64,000 nt of DNA. Source: Octopus sinensis. Its lineage: Eukaryota. The DNA lies in NCBI RefSeq assembly GCF_006345805.1, contig NC_043004.1, positions 11,594,001-11,658,000 of the forward strand. The letters are read 5' to 3'. Position 1 is the stretch's first letter. Each line of letters starts with the position of its first letter. This document shows positions 39,175 to 51,044 of the stretch, in pieces. The position numbers were made by a program, and so were the translations under genes. The notes under the pieces were generated by a model. The model saw only the letters and a list, made by a program, of their open reading frames with translations, was not told where the DNA came from and did no database searches.

Positions 39175-39495
39175 GCCTGGTGAGTCATCAAAATGCTCAT
39201 AGAAATCGACCCATGATAAACAATGATGTGGCTATTAAAATTCATAACAGAACGCGTATAAGATGTGGAAGGGTGTGCCTCTCAGTTGGAGGTCTAAAAA
39301 GACATGTTACGAGAGAGCATATGGCTGCACTTGTTTCTCCTGTCTGCCAGCACAATTGTCTAGTATGTAATAAAATGTGTAAAAGCTTGGCCGGGCTTAA
39401 AAGTCATATAAGGGCATCACATGGCAACAATCATGGATCATTTCAGTAAGTCTTCTTGGCAATGGCTTTTCTCGTGTAACCACGGTGTAGCTGTG
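39175..39495 (+). mobile_element. 3' end of an RTE-type LINE encoding two C2H2-like fingers
   Basis: CGRVCLSVGGLKRHVTREH and CLVCNKMCKSLAGLKSHIRASH (C-x2-C-x12-H-x4-H); no TGEKP linker; short 3' UTR; microsatellite flanks. Confidence 0.55.
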
Positions 39496-39525
39496 TGATA
39501 TACATATAGATACATGTATATAATG

Positions 39526-39584
<59 letters not shown>

Positions 39585-40399
39585 GTTGTTTTTTGTGTGT
39601 GTGTTTGTGTATAGACCCAACCAGAACCAATAAATAACAGACACGAAAAGCAATTTTATACATAATATTATCATTTTAAAAAATGCATCCCGTGATTTCC
39701 TGAATGTTTTTTCCGATATTCATATAAGCCAGCACACACACACACCCAAACACACGTCCATATACCCACACACTCACATGCACATAAAAAAACATACACA
39801 CAACACTTTATATACACACAAGCATACAAACATACACACACATGCACACAAAATAAAACAACGCAAAAAGTCAACACTCACACACACGCACAAACACATA
39901 CACTCACACATACACACGCACACACACACTCACACACACACAGCTGGTGGCCACACACATTCAAAAGAATAATAAAACCCAAAGTAAAATCCTAATTCTT
40001 TCTTCAAGACATTCTTCATAACACACACACCCATCAACTCACAGCTGGTCTTTTTTCAAAACGCATTGAAAGCACGTTCAACACAGTACACAAACACAAA
40101 CACACACTCACCCACACATACACACACACACAAGCGCGCGCGCGTAGATAGACATAAAACCCATTCAATAAATGCTTTTTAGCCACTCCATTGACAGGAA
40201 CACAAAGATTCCTTTCAGACAATAGACTCCCCATCTCTCACTCTCCATATTTTCTTTATAAAATTTTTTGTTAAATTCCCTATTAAATTGAAATGTCTTA
40301 TACTTACTTCTGTGCTATTTCCACCCCACCCCACCATCTTTTATATATAACCATTTGATTTATATAGATCTCTAATCGTTTTTCAAATATATATATATA

Positions 40400-40613
40400 T
40401 ATATACATTCCAAATTGTATCTACATGTGGATTGTTGGTGATTTTTTTTCTCTGTCTTTCTTTTCTTTTGGACTTTCATCTGTTTCCTGTTTCTGAAGAA
40501 GAGCTTTGCTCGAAACGTAAAAGACTCTTTCTTTCTTTCCCTCAGCGTCTTATCAATATTTTGCATGTAACACATCCTGGCGTTGTGATTTTTCTTGTCA
40601 TAATTTGTCCATT

Positions 40614-40686
<73 letters not shown>

Positions 40687-40863
40687 AGAGTTCACGAAAA
40701 GAACAAAAGACGAAGACAGGTGGTGTAGAAAACAAACAGATGTATAAGTATAACGCTCAGGAATTGAAAAAGTCTTTTATGTTTCGAGCCTACGCTCTTT
40801 ACAGAAAGGGACACAGAAAAAAAAAACAAGGAGAGCAACAATATATATATACATACATACAAT

Positions 40864-40896
<33 letters not shown>

Positions 40897-40958
40897 GTAT
40901 TTCGACTAATTTGTGTCCCTGTACACCGAAAAGAGTTTGCATCGGCACGTCAGTATAT

Positions 40959-40998
<40 letters not shown>

Positions 40999-41129
40999 GA
41001 TTGACGCTAATTCCACAAGTCTTTTTTATTCTCTCTCTGTTTATTTCCTCGTATACCTTTCTGTTGAAGAGCGTAGGCTAGAAACGTCAAATACTTTCTC
41101 ACTTTCCCAAGCGTCAATCTAATACACCA

Positions 41130-41130
<1 letters not shown>
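40400..41130. mobile_element. Three Penelope-like terminal repeats in +/-/+ orientation, each with a hammerhead-like core
   Basis: + CTGAAGA-AGAGC-TTT-GCTC-GAAACGTA at 40493; - CTGT..GAGC-GTAG-GCTC-GAAAC at ~40804; + CTGTTGA-AGAGC-GTAG-GCTA-GAAACGTC at 41061. Confidence 0.7.
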
Positions 41131-42018
<888 letters not shown>

Positions 42019-42179
42019 GAGGGAGAGAGAGACATAGAGAGATAGACAGAGAGTGAGACGGGGGTAAATAGATAGATATCGTATTTTCACTAATATCAGT
42101 ATGAAAAAATCCTTTCGACTTCAAAATGATATTTGGGCCGAAATCTTAATTACAGATTTAATTATGAAAATATTAAGCA

Positions 42180-42322
42180 GGATTGGCTGTGTGGTAAGTT
42201 GTTTGCATACGAACCACATGGTTCCGGGTTCAGTCTCACTGCGAGACACCTTGGGCAAGTGTCTTGTGAGTGGAATTGGTAGACAGAAACTGAAAGAAAT
42301 CCGTCGTATATATGTATCTATC

Positions 42323-42355
<33 letters not shown>

Positions 42356-42580
42356 ATGTGTGTATGTATGTTTGTGTGTCTGTGTTTGTCCCCCCCCCAA
42401 CATCGTTTGACAACCGATGCTGGTGTGTTTACGTCCCCGTAACTTTGCGTTTCGGAAAAAGAGACCGATAGAATAAGTACTAGGCTTACAAAGAATAATT
42501 TGTTGATGTGCTCGACTAAAGGCGGTGCTCCAACATGGCCACAGTCAAATGACTGAAACTAGTAACAGAGTAAAAGAGTA
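42180..42580 (+). mobile_element. SINE family B with small deletions
   Basis: Head, CCTTGGGCAAGTGTCTT, internal TA/TG tract, tail CGACTAAAGGCGGTGCTCCAACATGG. Confidence 0.88.
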
Positions 42581-42904
42581 AGAGATTAAAATAACTACGA
42601 GAGTAATGAAGTCTCTAATCAGCAACTGGTCCTGCTGCAGACTGCTCACAAATTTTACTTTGATCTTTAATTGTGCAAATTATGTAGGAAACATTTAGGT
42701 ATTTAGCCTGCAATTGCGTGGGATATATCGCTCCAAGTCCTGATATAAAATAGGACATGATGAAGAATGCCTTGGATTAAAAACTTGCTCGATAATAGTT
42801 GACTTGTGGTGAAACAACAAGAATTTACATCAAATAATTAAATAAAAGAACGGCTTTACGAATGCTTGATCTGCTACAAATAGCAGTAAAGTCTACTTCA
42901 AACT

Positions 42905-43300
42905 ATGCTCTTAAAGGGAAAATATTGACAAGCCAGTCAGTCACCGGCTGACACTCGCTGACGATGCATCGAAGAGGCCAGGGAACAGAAGAAAGAAGAA
43001 GAAGGAAGACATGCACCCAACACCAGAGCTGAAGACACCTCCGAAAGGTGGTGGGCGCCACGTCAAAACGGTAGAGGAGTAGGGGCCGAAACCGTACGTG
43101 GTTCCTCCTGATGATGTCTTGAACTAACTGGATCCGATAAAGGAGCTGTTGTGGTGGCAGACCACGAAACACGGTTGTAATTCCCCAAATAGAAAACGCA
43201 GTTGATAATATAAACCTTTCGTTTCTCACAAAGACGAAGAATGACTCGAGTAAAATGTCTCTAAATTTTGGTTGTGTCAATGAAAGATGACCTGGGGCTA
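42905..43300 (+). mobile_element. GC-richer island, probable Penelope-like terminal region with several CTGANGA/GAAAC motifs
   Basis: CTGACGA 42958, CTGAAGA 43029, GAAAC 43088, CTGATGA 43108, GAAAC 43166. Confidence 0.4.
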
Positions 43301-43703
43301 ACATCAACAATGACGACTACATTATTATGACCGTCACCAACAACGGCTGCGAAGAAAACGAAGATGAGGATTAACATTTTTCGCTGTTAAACAAAATCTA
43401 ATTTTTTTAATAAAAGCAATACAAAATTTAATGAAGCTCTTAATAATGTTACTAGTATTTAATTATCATGCTGTGTTGAGAATTCCGTGATCTCACTGTC
43501 ACCGTAATCACCACTAAAACGTTACTAGATGAACGGAGATAATTTGCTTTGCCTGACCAAGTTGGCGTGAATGAAGCTTAAATGTTGGAAAACGACCGAT
43601 TCTAATCAATAAACGAAATGAATAGGATTAACTTCAGCTGATTATTGGTAGCCATAAATATGTTTGCAATGAAAGATTTATAAGCAATGCATATTGCCTT
43701 AAT

Positions 43704-44085
43704 CAGTGATTGTCAACCAGGGTCCATGTGACCCCTGATGGTCTATATAAGATGTTCTGGGGTCCACACGAGCGAAATAGTAAACAGTACTATTTTAAGC
43801 GTTCATTAAAACATTTAGTTTTAGCTGTGTTTATTGCAAGTAACATCTCACTTTCTTTCTCTAACGTTCTACATAGCACAACCTACACATTTTTTTTTCT
43901 ATTTTCTAGTTTCAGCTCAGAGCTGCGGCCATGCTGATGCACCGCCGTTTGAAATGTTAATGTTTGAAATCAAAACAAGAATTTTGAAAGAAGTGTCCCT
44001 ACAACTAGCTTTTAAATAGCTATGGGGGTCCACCAGAATAAAATTGTAATCAAAAGGTAAAACAAAAAGTTGTTGAGAACCACTA
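43704..44085. mobile_element. hAT-type MITE
   Basis: TIR CAGTGATTGTCAAC vs reverse complement TAGTGGTTCTCAAC; degenerate 8-bp TSD GCCTTAAT/GTCATAAT (6/8). Confidence 0.7.
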
Positions 44086-44134
44086 GTCATAATAGTTCAT
44101 CGCTTTATATAGGTGAGCTTATATTGATTTCAAA

Positions 44135-44707
44135 TTACGGCACAAGGCCAGCAGATTTGGGGTAAAGGGTAAATCGATTACATTGATCCCAGTGCTTAAC
44201 TGGTACTTATTTTATCGACCCTAAAAGATGAAAAGTCGTCCTCGGTGGAATTTGAACTCAGAGCGTAAATACAAACAGAATAACTATTTCTATTTCTGTA
44301 CTACCTACAAGGGGCTAAACACAGAGAGGAAAAACAAGGACAGACAAACGGATTAAGTCGATTATATTGACTCCAATATGTAACTGGTACTTATTTAATC
44401 GACCCCGAAAGGATGAACGGCAAAGTCGACCTCGGCGGCATTTGAACTCAGAACGTAGCGGCAGACGAAATACCTATTTCTTTACTACCCACAAGGGGCT
44501 AAACACAGAGGTGACAAACAAGGACAAACAAGCGGATTAAGTCGATTGCATCGAACCCAGTGCGTAACTAGTACTTATTTAATCGACCCCGAAAGGATGA
44601 ACGGCAAAGTCGACCTCGGCGGAATTTGAACTCAGAACGTAACGGCAGACGAAATACTGCTACGTATCTCGCCTAGCGTACTAACGTTTCCGCCAGCTAA
44701 CCGCCTT
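44135..44707 (-). mobile_element. SINE family A tandem trimer (one head; last unit has the short-type tail)
   Basis: Head at 44707; re-entry at the reverse complement of GGTATTTCGTCTG near 44475; third unit from ~44290. Confidence 0.85.
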
Positions 44708-44724
44708 TGTGTGAGCCAAAAATC

Positions 44725-45031
44725 GGCTTTCAACCGATTCTGATGAAACTTGACACACACATAGCCCAATGTCATAATTCAAAACTAACGCAGCGAAAAT
44801 TTTGAAAAGTTCCCCCAGTTCTGAAAAAAATCGATAAATTCGACATGGGGTCGAGAATCAGAAACACAAACCGCAAACTGTCTAGGGGACGCAACTCCAC
44901 CTTTTTTAACTAAAAAAAAAATTTACCATCATTTTTTTCCATTTTTTTGTTATTTTTTGGCTATAACTCTCTAAAAATGCTTTATAGTTATTTCCCTTAC
45001 AAACCTGAGCAACGCCGGGCGATACTGCTAG
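44725..45031 (+). mobile_element. Non-autonomous Helitron, 5'-truncated
   Basis: Highly similar to 35488-35804; ends CCTGAGCAACGCCGGGCGATACTGCTAG. Confidence 0.82.
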
Positions 45032-45375
45032 TTTATATATAAAAGTGAAGTTGTGTGTCTGTCTCCTACGATTTAGATTCCTAACTACTCCCACATTTTG
45101 CGGTGCAGTGTAACCAAAAGCGGGTATCTTATAGTCGTGATTCATATCGAGCCCTTCCGGGTATTACCGCGCGTCTACGATGAGTCTACGATTTAAAAAA
45201 AAATTACCAACATGTTTTTCCATTTTAATGCATTTTTTTCGCTATTATATAAGGGAAGTAACTCTCTAAAAATGTCTACGACGAGTCAACGATTTAAAAA
45301 AAATTTACGATAATTTTTTTTCCAATTTTAATGCATTTTTTTGCTATTTTGGGGTATAACTCTCTGAAAATGCTT
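45032..45375 (+). mobile_element. Second Helitron subfamily: 5' end and body, lacking its 3' end locally
   Basis: Starts T(T)TATATATAAAAGTGAAGTTGTGTGTCTGTC immediately after the previous CTAG; has an internal duplication; stops at TATAACTCTCTGAAAATGCTT, which in the other copies lies just upstream of the 3' terminus. Confidence 0.7.
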
Positions 45376-45380
45376 ACATT

Positions 45381-45762
45381 CTTCTTCTTGTCTCAGTCAT
45401 TTGACTGCGGCCATGCTGGAGCACCGCCTTTAGTCGAGCAAATCGACCCCAGGACTTATTCTTTGTAAGCCCAGTACTTATTCTATCGGTCTCTTTTGCC
45501 GAACCGCTAAGTAACGGGGACGTAACCACACCAGCATCGGTTGTAAAGCAATGCTAGGGGAACAAACACACACATATACATATATACACATACATATATA
45601 CGACAGGCTTCTTTCAATTTCCGTCTACCAAATCCACTCACAAGTCATTGGTCGGCCCGGGGCTATAGTAGAAGACACTTGCCCAAGATGTCACGCAGTG
45701 GGACTGAACCCGGAACCATGTGGTTGGTTAGCAAGCTACTTACCACACAGCCACTCCTGCGC
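45381..45762 (-). mobile_element. SINE family B, young full-length copy
   Basis: Reverse complement close to the other B copies over its whole length. Confidence 0.92.
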
Positions 45763-45926
45763 CATTATATATATATATTCTCTCCCAATTTCGCAGTGTG
45801 TGTACGTGCATAAATAAATGTATTTACGGTAATGTATCCCATTGCTTAGGTTATAATATTTCATTGATATATGTTTTGATGAACGTCAGATCTGATAACA
45901 AGATTGCTTTGCACCATTCAAGGCCT

Positions 45927-48900
45927 CAGAGATCAAAGAGGGGTGCCGACAGAGATCAAAGAGGGGTGCCGACAGAGATCAAAGAAGGTGTCGACAGAGA
46001 TCGAAGGGGGTGCCGACAGAGATCAAAGAGGGTGCCGACAGAGATCAAAGGAGTGCCGACAGAGATCAAAGAGGGGTACCGACAGAGATCAAAGGAGGTC
46101 CCGACAGAAATCAAAGAGGGGTGCCGACAGAGATCAAAGAGGGGTTTCAACAGAGATCAAAGGGGGTGCCGACAGAGATCAAAGAGGGGTGCTGACAAAG
46201 ATCAAAGGGGGTGCCGACAGAGATCAAAGAGGGGTGTCGATAGAGATCAAAGAGGGGTGCCGACAGAGATCAAAGGGGGTGCCGACAGCAATCAAAGAGG
46301 GGTGCCGACAGCAATCAAAGAGGGGTGCCGACAGAGATCAAAGAGGGGTGCCGACAGGAATCAAAGAGGGTGCAGACAGAGATCAAAGAGGGGTGCCGAC
46401 AGAGATCAAAGAGGGGTGCCGACAGAGATCAAAGAGGGGTGCCGACAGTGATCAAAGTGAGGTGCCGACAGAGATCAAAGGGGATGCACAGAGATCAAAG
46501 GGGGTGCCGACAGAGATCAAAGAGGGTGCCGACATAGATCAAAGACGGGTGCCGACAGATATCAAAGGTGGTGTACAGAGATCAAAGGGGTACCGACAGA
46601 GATCAAAGAGGGGTACCGACAGAGATCAAAGAGGGGTGCCGACAGAGATCAAAGAGGGATGCCGACAGAGATCAAAGAGGGGTGCCGACAGAGATCAAAG
46701 AGGGGTGCCGAGAGAGATCAAAGAGGGGTGCCGACAGAGATCAAAGGGGGTGCCGACAGAGATCAAAGAGGGGTGCCGACAGATATCAAAGAGGGATGCC
46801 GACAGAGATCAAAGAGGAATGCACAGAGATCAAAGAGGGGTGCCGACAGAGATCAAAGAGGGGTGTCGACAGAGATCAAAGAGGGATGCACAGAGATCAA
46901 AGGGAGTGCCGACAGAGATCAAAGAGGGGTGCCGAAAGAGATCAAAGAGGGGTGCCGACAGAGATCAAAGAGGGGTGCCGACAGAGATCAAAGAGAGGTG
47001 CCGATAGAGATCAAAGCGGATGCACAGAGATCAAAGGGGGTGCCGACAGAGATCAAAGACGGGTGCCGACAGAGATCAAAGACGGGTGCCGACAGATATC
47101 AAAGGGGGTGTACAGAGATCAAAGGGGTACCGACAGAGATCAAAGAGGGGTACCGACAGAGATCAAAGAGGGGTGCCGACAGAGATCAAAGAGGGATGCA
47201 CAGAGATCAAAGGGAGTGCCGACAGAGATCAAGGGGGTTGCCGACAGAGATCAAAGGGGGTGCCGACAGAGATCAAAGAGGGGTGCCGACAGCAATCAAA
47301 GAGGGGTGCCGACAGCAATCAAAGAGGGGTGCCGACAGAGATCAAAGAGGGGTGCCGACAGGAATCAAAGAGGGTGCAGACAGAGATCAAAGAGGGGTGC
47401 CGACAGAGATCAAAGAGGGGTGCCGACAGAGATCAAAGAGGGGTGCCGACAGAGATCAAAGAGGGTGCCGACAGAGATCAAAGGGGGTACCGACAGAGAT
47501 CAAAGAGGGGTGCCTATAGAGATCAAAGGGGGTGTACAGAGATCAAAGGGGGTGCCGACAGAGATCAAAGAGGGGTACCGACAGAGATCAAAGAGGGGTA
47601 CCGACAGAGATCAAAGAGGGATGCTGACAGAGATCAAAGAGGGGTGCCGACAGAGATCAAAGGGGATGCACAGAGATCAAAGGGGATGCACAGAGATCAA
47701 AGGGGGTGCCGACAGAGATCAAAGAGGGTGCCGACAGAGATCAAAGACGGGTGCCGACATATATCAAAGGGGGGTGCCGACAGAGATCAAAGGGGTACCG
47801 ACAGAGATCAAAGAGGGGTACCGACAGAGATCAAAGAGGGGTGCCGACAGAGATCAAAGAGGGATGCACAGAGATCAAAGGGAGTGCCGACAGAGATCAA
47901 AGGGGGGTGCCGACAGAGATCAAAGGGGGTGCCGACAGAGATCAAAGAGAGGTGCCGATAGAGATCAAAGCGGATGCACAGAGATCAAAGGGGGTGCCGA
48001 CAGAGATCAAAGACGGGTGCCGACAGAGATCAAAGACGGGTGCCGACAGATATCAAAGGGGGTGTACAGAGATCAAAGGGGTACCGACAGAGATCAAAGA
48101 GGGGTACCGACAGAGATCAAAGAGGGGTGCCGACAGAGATCAAAGAGGGATGCCGACAGAGATCAAGAGGGGTGCCGACAGAGATCAAAGGGGGTGCCGA
48201 CAGAGATCAAGAGGGGTGCCGACATAGATCAAAGGGGGTGTACAGAGATCAAAGGGGGTGCCGACAGAGATCAAAGAGGGGTACCGACAGAGATCAAAGA
48301 GGGGTACCGACAGAGATCAAAGAGGGATGCTGACAGAGATCAAAGAGGGGTGCCGACAGAGATCAAAGGGGATGCACAGAGATCAAAGGGGATGCACAGA
48401 GATCAAAGGGGGTGCCGACAGAGATCAAAGAGGGTGCCGACAGAGATCAAAGACGGGTGCCGACATATATCAAAGGGGGGTGCCGACAGAGATCAAAGGG
48501 GTACCGACAGAGATCAAAGACGGGTACCGACAGAGATCAAAGAGGGGTGCCGACAGAGATCAAAGAGGGATGCACAGAGATCAAAGGGAGTGCCGACAGA
48601 GATCAAAGGGGGGTGCCGACAGAGATCAAAGGGGGTGCCGACAGAGATCAAAGAGGGGTGCCGACAGCAATCAAAGAGGGGTGCCGACAGCAATCAAAGA
48701 GGGGTGCCGACAGAGATCAAAGAGGGGTGCCGACAGGAATCAAAGAGGGTGCAGACAGAGATCAAAGAGGGGTGCCGACAGAGATCAAAGAGGGGTGCCG
48801 ACAGAGATCAAAGAGGGGTGCCGACATAGATCAAAGGGGGTGCCGACAGAGATCAAAGAGGGTGCCGACAGAGATCAAAGGGGGTGCCGACAGAGATCAA

Positions 48901-49523
48901 AGAGGGGTGCCGACAGAGATCAAAGGGGTGCCGACAGAGATCAAAGAGGGGTGCCGACAGAGATCAAAGAGGGGTGCCTATAGAGATCAAAGGGGGTGTA
49001 CAGAGATCAAAGGGGGTGCCGACAGAGATCAAAGAGGGGTACCGACAGAGATCAAAGAGGGATGCTGACAGAGATCAAAGAGGGGTGCCGACAGAGATGA
49101 AGTAGGGATGCACAGAGATCAAAGGGGGTGCCGACAGAGATCAAATGGGGTGCCGACAGAGATCAAAGAGAGGTGCCGAAAGAGATCAAAGAGGGGTTCC
49201 GATAGAGATCAAAGAAGGGTGCCGACAAGGGTCAAAGAGGGTGCCGACAGAGATCAATGGGGTGCCGAGAGAGATCAAAGGGGGGTGCCGACAGAGATCA
49301 AAGAGGGGTGCCGACAGAGATCAAAGTAGGTACCGACAGAGATCAAAGGGGATGCCGACATAGATCAAAGAGGGGTGCCGACAGAGATCAAAGAGGGGTG
49401 CCTACAGAGATCAAAGGGGGTGCCGACAGAGATCAAAGAGGGGTGTCGACAGATATCAAAGAGGGTGTCGACAGAGATCAAAGAGTATGCCGAAAAAGAT
49501 CAAAGAGGGTGCCGAAAGAGATC
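45927..49523 (+). repeat. Minisatellite array, ~160 copies of a ~19-23-bp unit (consensus GTGCCGACAGAGATCAAAGAGGG)
   Basis: Direct reading; nearly every unit retains AGATCAAAG while the G-tract length and the GCCGAC half vary; copy number estimated from length/period. Confidence 0.98.
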
Positions 49524-49563
49524 TTCTCTTACAAACCCGAGCAACGCCGGGCGATACTGCTTG
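49521..49563 (+). mobile_element. Helitron 3' terminus fused to the end of the array
   Basis: ATCTTCTCTTACAAACCCGAGCAACGCCGGGCGATACTGCTTG|T matches ATTT(T/C)CCTTACAAACCCGAGCAACGCCGGGCGATACTGCTAG|T at 35763-35805. Confidence 0.85.
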
Positions 49564-49584
49564 TAACTAAATAAAGGGTTGTTA

Positions 49585-49752
49585 TAGAGGGTGAATTGAT
49601 TACATTGATTGCTACTTATTTCATTGACGCCCTAAAGGATAAAAGGTGAAGTCAACCTCAGCGGAATTTGAACTTAGAGCGAAAAGATGGACGAAATACC
49701 GCTAAGCAATTTGTTTGGCGTGCTACCGATTCTGCTAGATCGCCGCCTTTAT
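49585..49752 (-). mobile_element. SINE family A, short-tail form
   Basis: GAAGTCAACCTCAGCGGAATTTGAACTTAGAGCG ... GAAATACCGCTAAGC ... CGCCGCCTT on +. Confidence 0.75.
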
Positions 49753-51044
49753 ATTCGCTAATATTAGGTGCTAATTGCTCATAAGGTAACTGGTAAATCT
49801 GTGAATCAGTAAATATATAAATAGATGGTTGTTATATTTATTTTTTTAGTTCTTGATATGGAAATATTTGCCGAAGATTTACTAAACTCCAATTTTACAT
49901 GCAAATTTTTTAATGCCTGAGCAAAGACTTGCGTCTTTCTTAAAAGCCATTTAGCATAAAAGATTTAAATATGAGTTCACAGTTTGGCACAGAGCCATAC
50001 ATATTTTTGGTGATGTATGGGTGGGTGCTTAGTCTTTGCAGTCGATTACATCGATTCGAGTACTTGATAATGAAAATACCAAGTTTATTATTTGCATCTT
50101 TCGTGAATACTTGAAAATATTTTCATTTCACTAGCAATAGAGTAAAATTATCGCCATTAATCTGAGCTATGCGTAAGTATTTTATGATAATTATCTTCTT
50201 TCATCTTTGAAGAAGAAATACCAGAAGTAAAATACAAACAAAATCTTAAAAATAAATAAAGATAAGCGGGGAGAAGCTGAGGAATGTAATCAAAGACTCG
50301 CCTGTCTTGCCACCACCGTTACCACTACCGCACCCACCTCCTCCTCCTTTTCCTCCGCCGCCATCTTCATAATGAACAGCTAGCGACAGTAGAAATACCG
50401 GGTGAGATATAAGTTAATGTAAATATTGTAATAGAACTAAATAATGTAAATATTGTAGCAGAAAATAGAGGAAATATTAGAGTGAAGTCGTTATTATACT
50501 AAAGATGCCTGTTATTATTGGTTACTCTCCAGACCCTCCCTGAAAGAACAGAACTTTGTTCAAAGGAATTTCAGTATTTACTATCCCGCCCTGCTCATTA
50601 TTTTCTTGTCTTTTCCTTTTTGTTTTTGTTTTTTTTTTTTTTTTTTTTTTTTTTTGTTTTTTCAGGCATAAAATACCTAGGAATATATTATTTAGTGTTT
50701 CTTCCAATTTGTAAGACGCTCTAAGTGTAGAGAGATTTTTTGTTGCTATCAGGCGATCATTTAGAGTCCCCTCCCTCCGCCCCGCCCCCCGCCTCCCACT
50801 CGTTCGGTTCAATGGAATCACGGTTTATTGTTAAGTGGCTATAGAATGTATCCTACACCTTAGTGCAACGCATCATTTCTCTCTCTTACCACATCAGTAA
50901 TAGGGTAGAAGAAAAATAGACGATGAGACAGTCAGGAAGAGAACGAAAAGGAAGAATGAAAAAAGGGAAAGTGGAAGACTAAAAAGAAGGAAAAAAGTGG
51001 CAGAAAGGAGTGAAAAAGGCTAAGAGAGAGGGAGGCAGAGATAC

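Noticed and set aside
45927-49523. Reporter-plasmid (TOPFlash) contamination or a CRISPR-like array
   Set aside because: The units are naturally diverged, contain GCCGAC which is absent from the reporter monomer, and join genomic Helitron sequence. There are no unique spacers and no cas genes.
45798-49574. Long ORFs (up to 753 aa) with VPTEIKEG/CRQRSKRG/ADRDQRG repeats
   Set aside because: The unit lacks stop codons on the + strand, so all frames stay open. Unit lengths of 19-23 nt shift frame constantly, there is no frame preference, and no splice or start context was seen.
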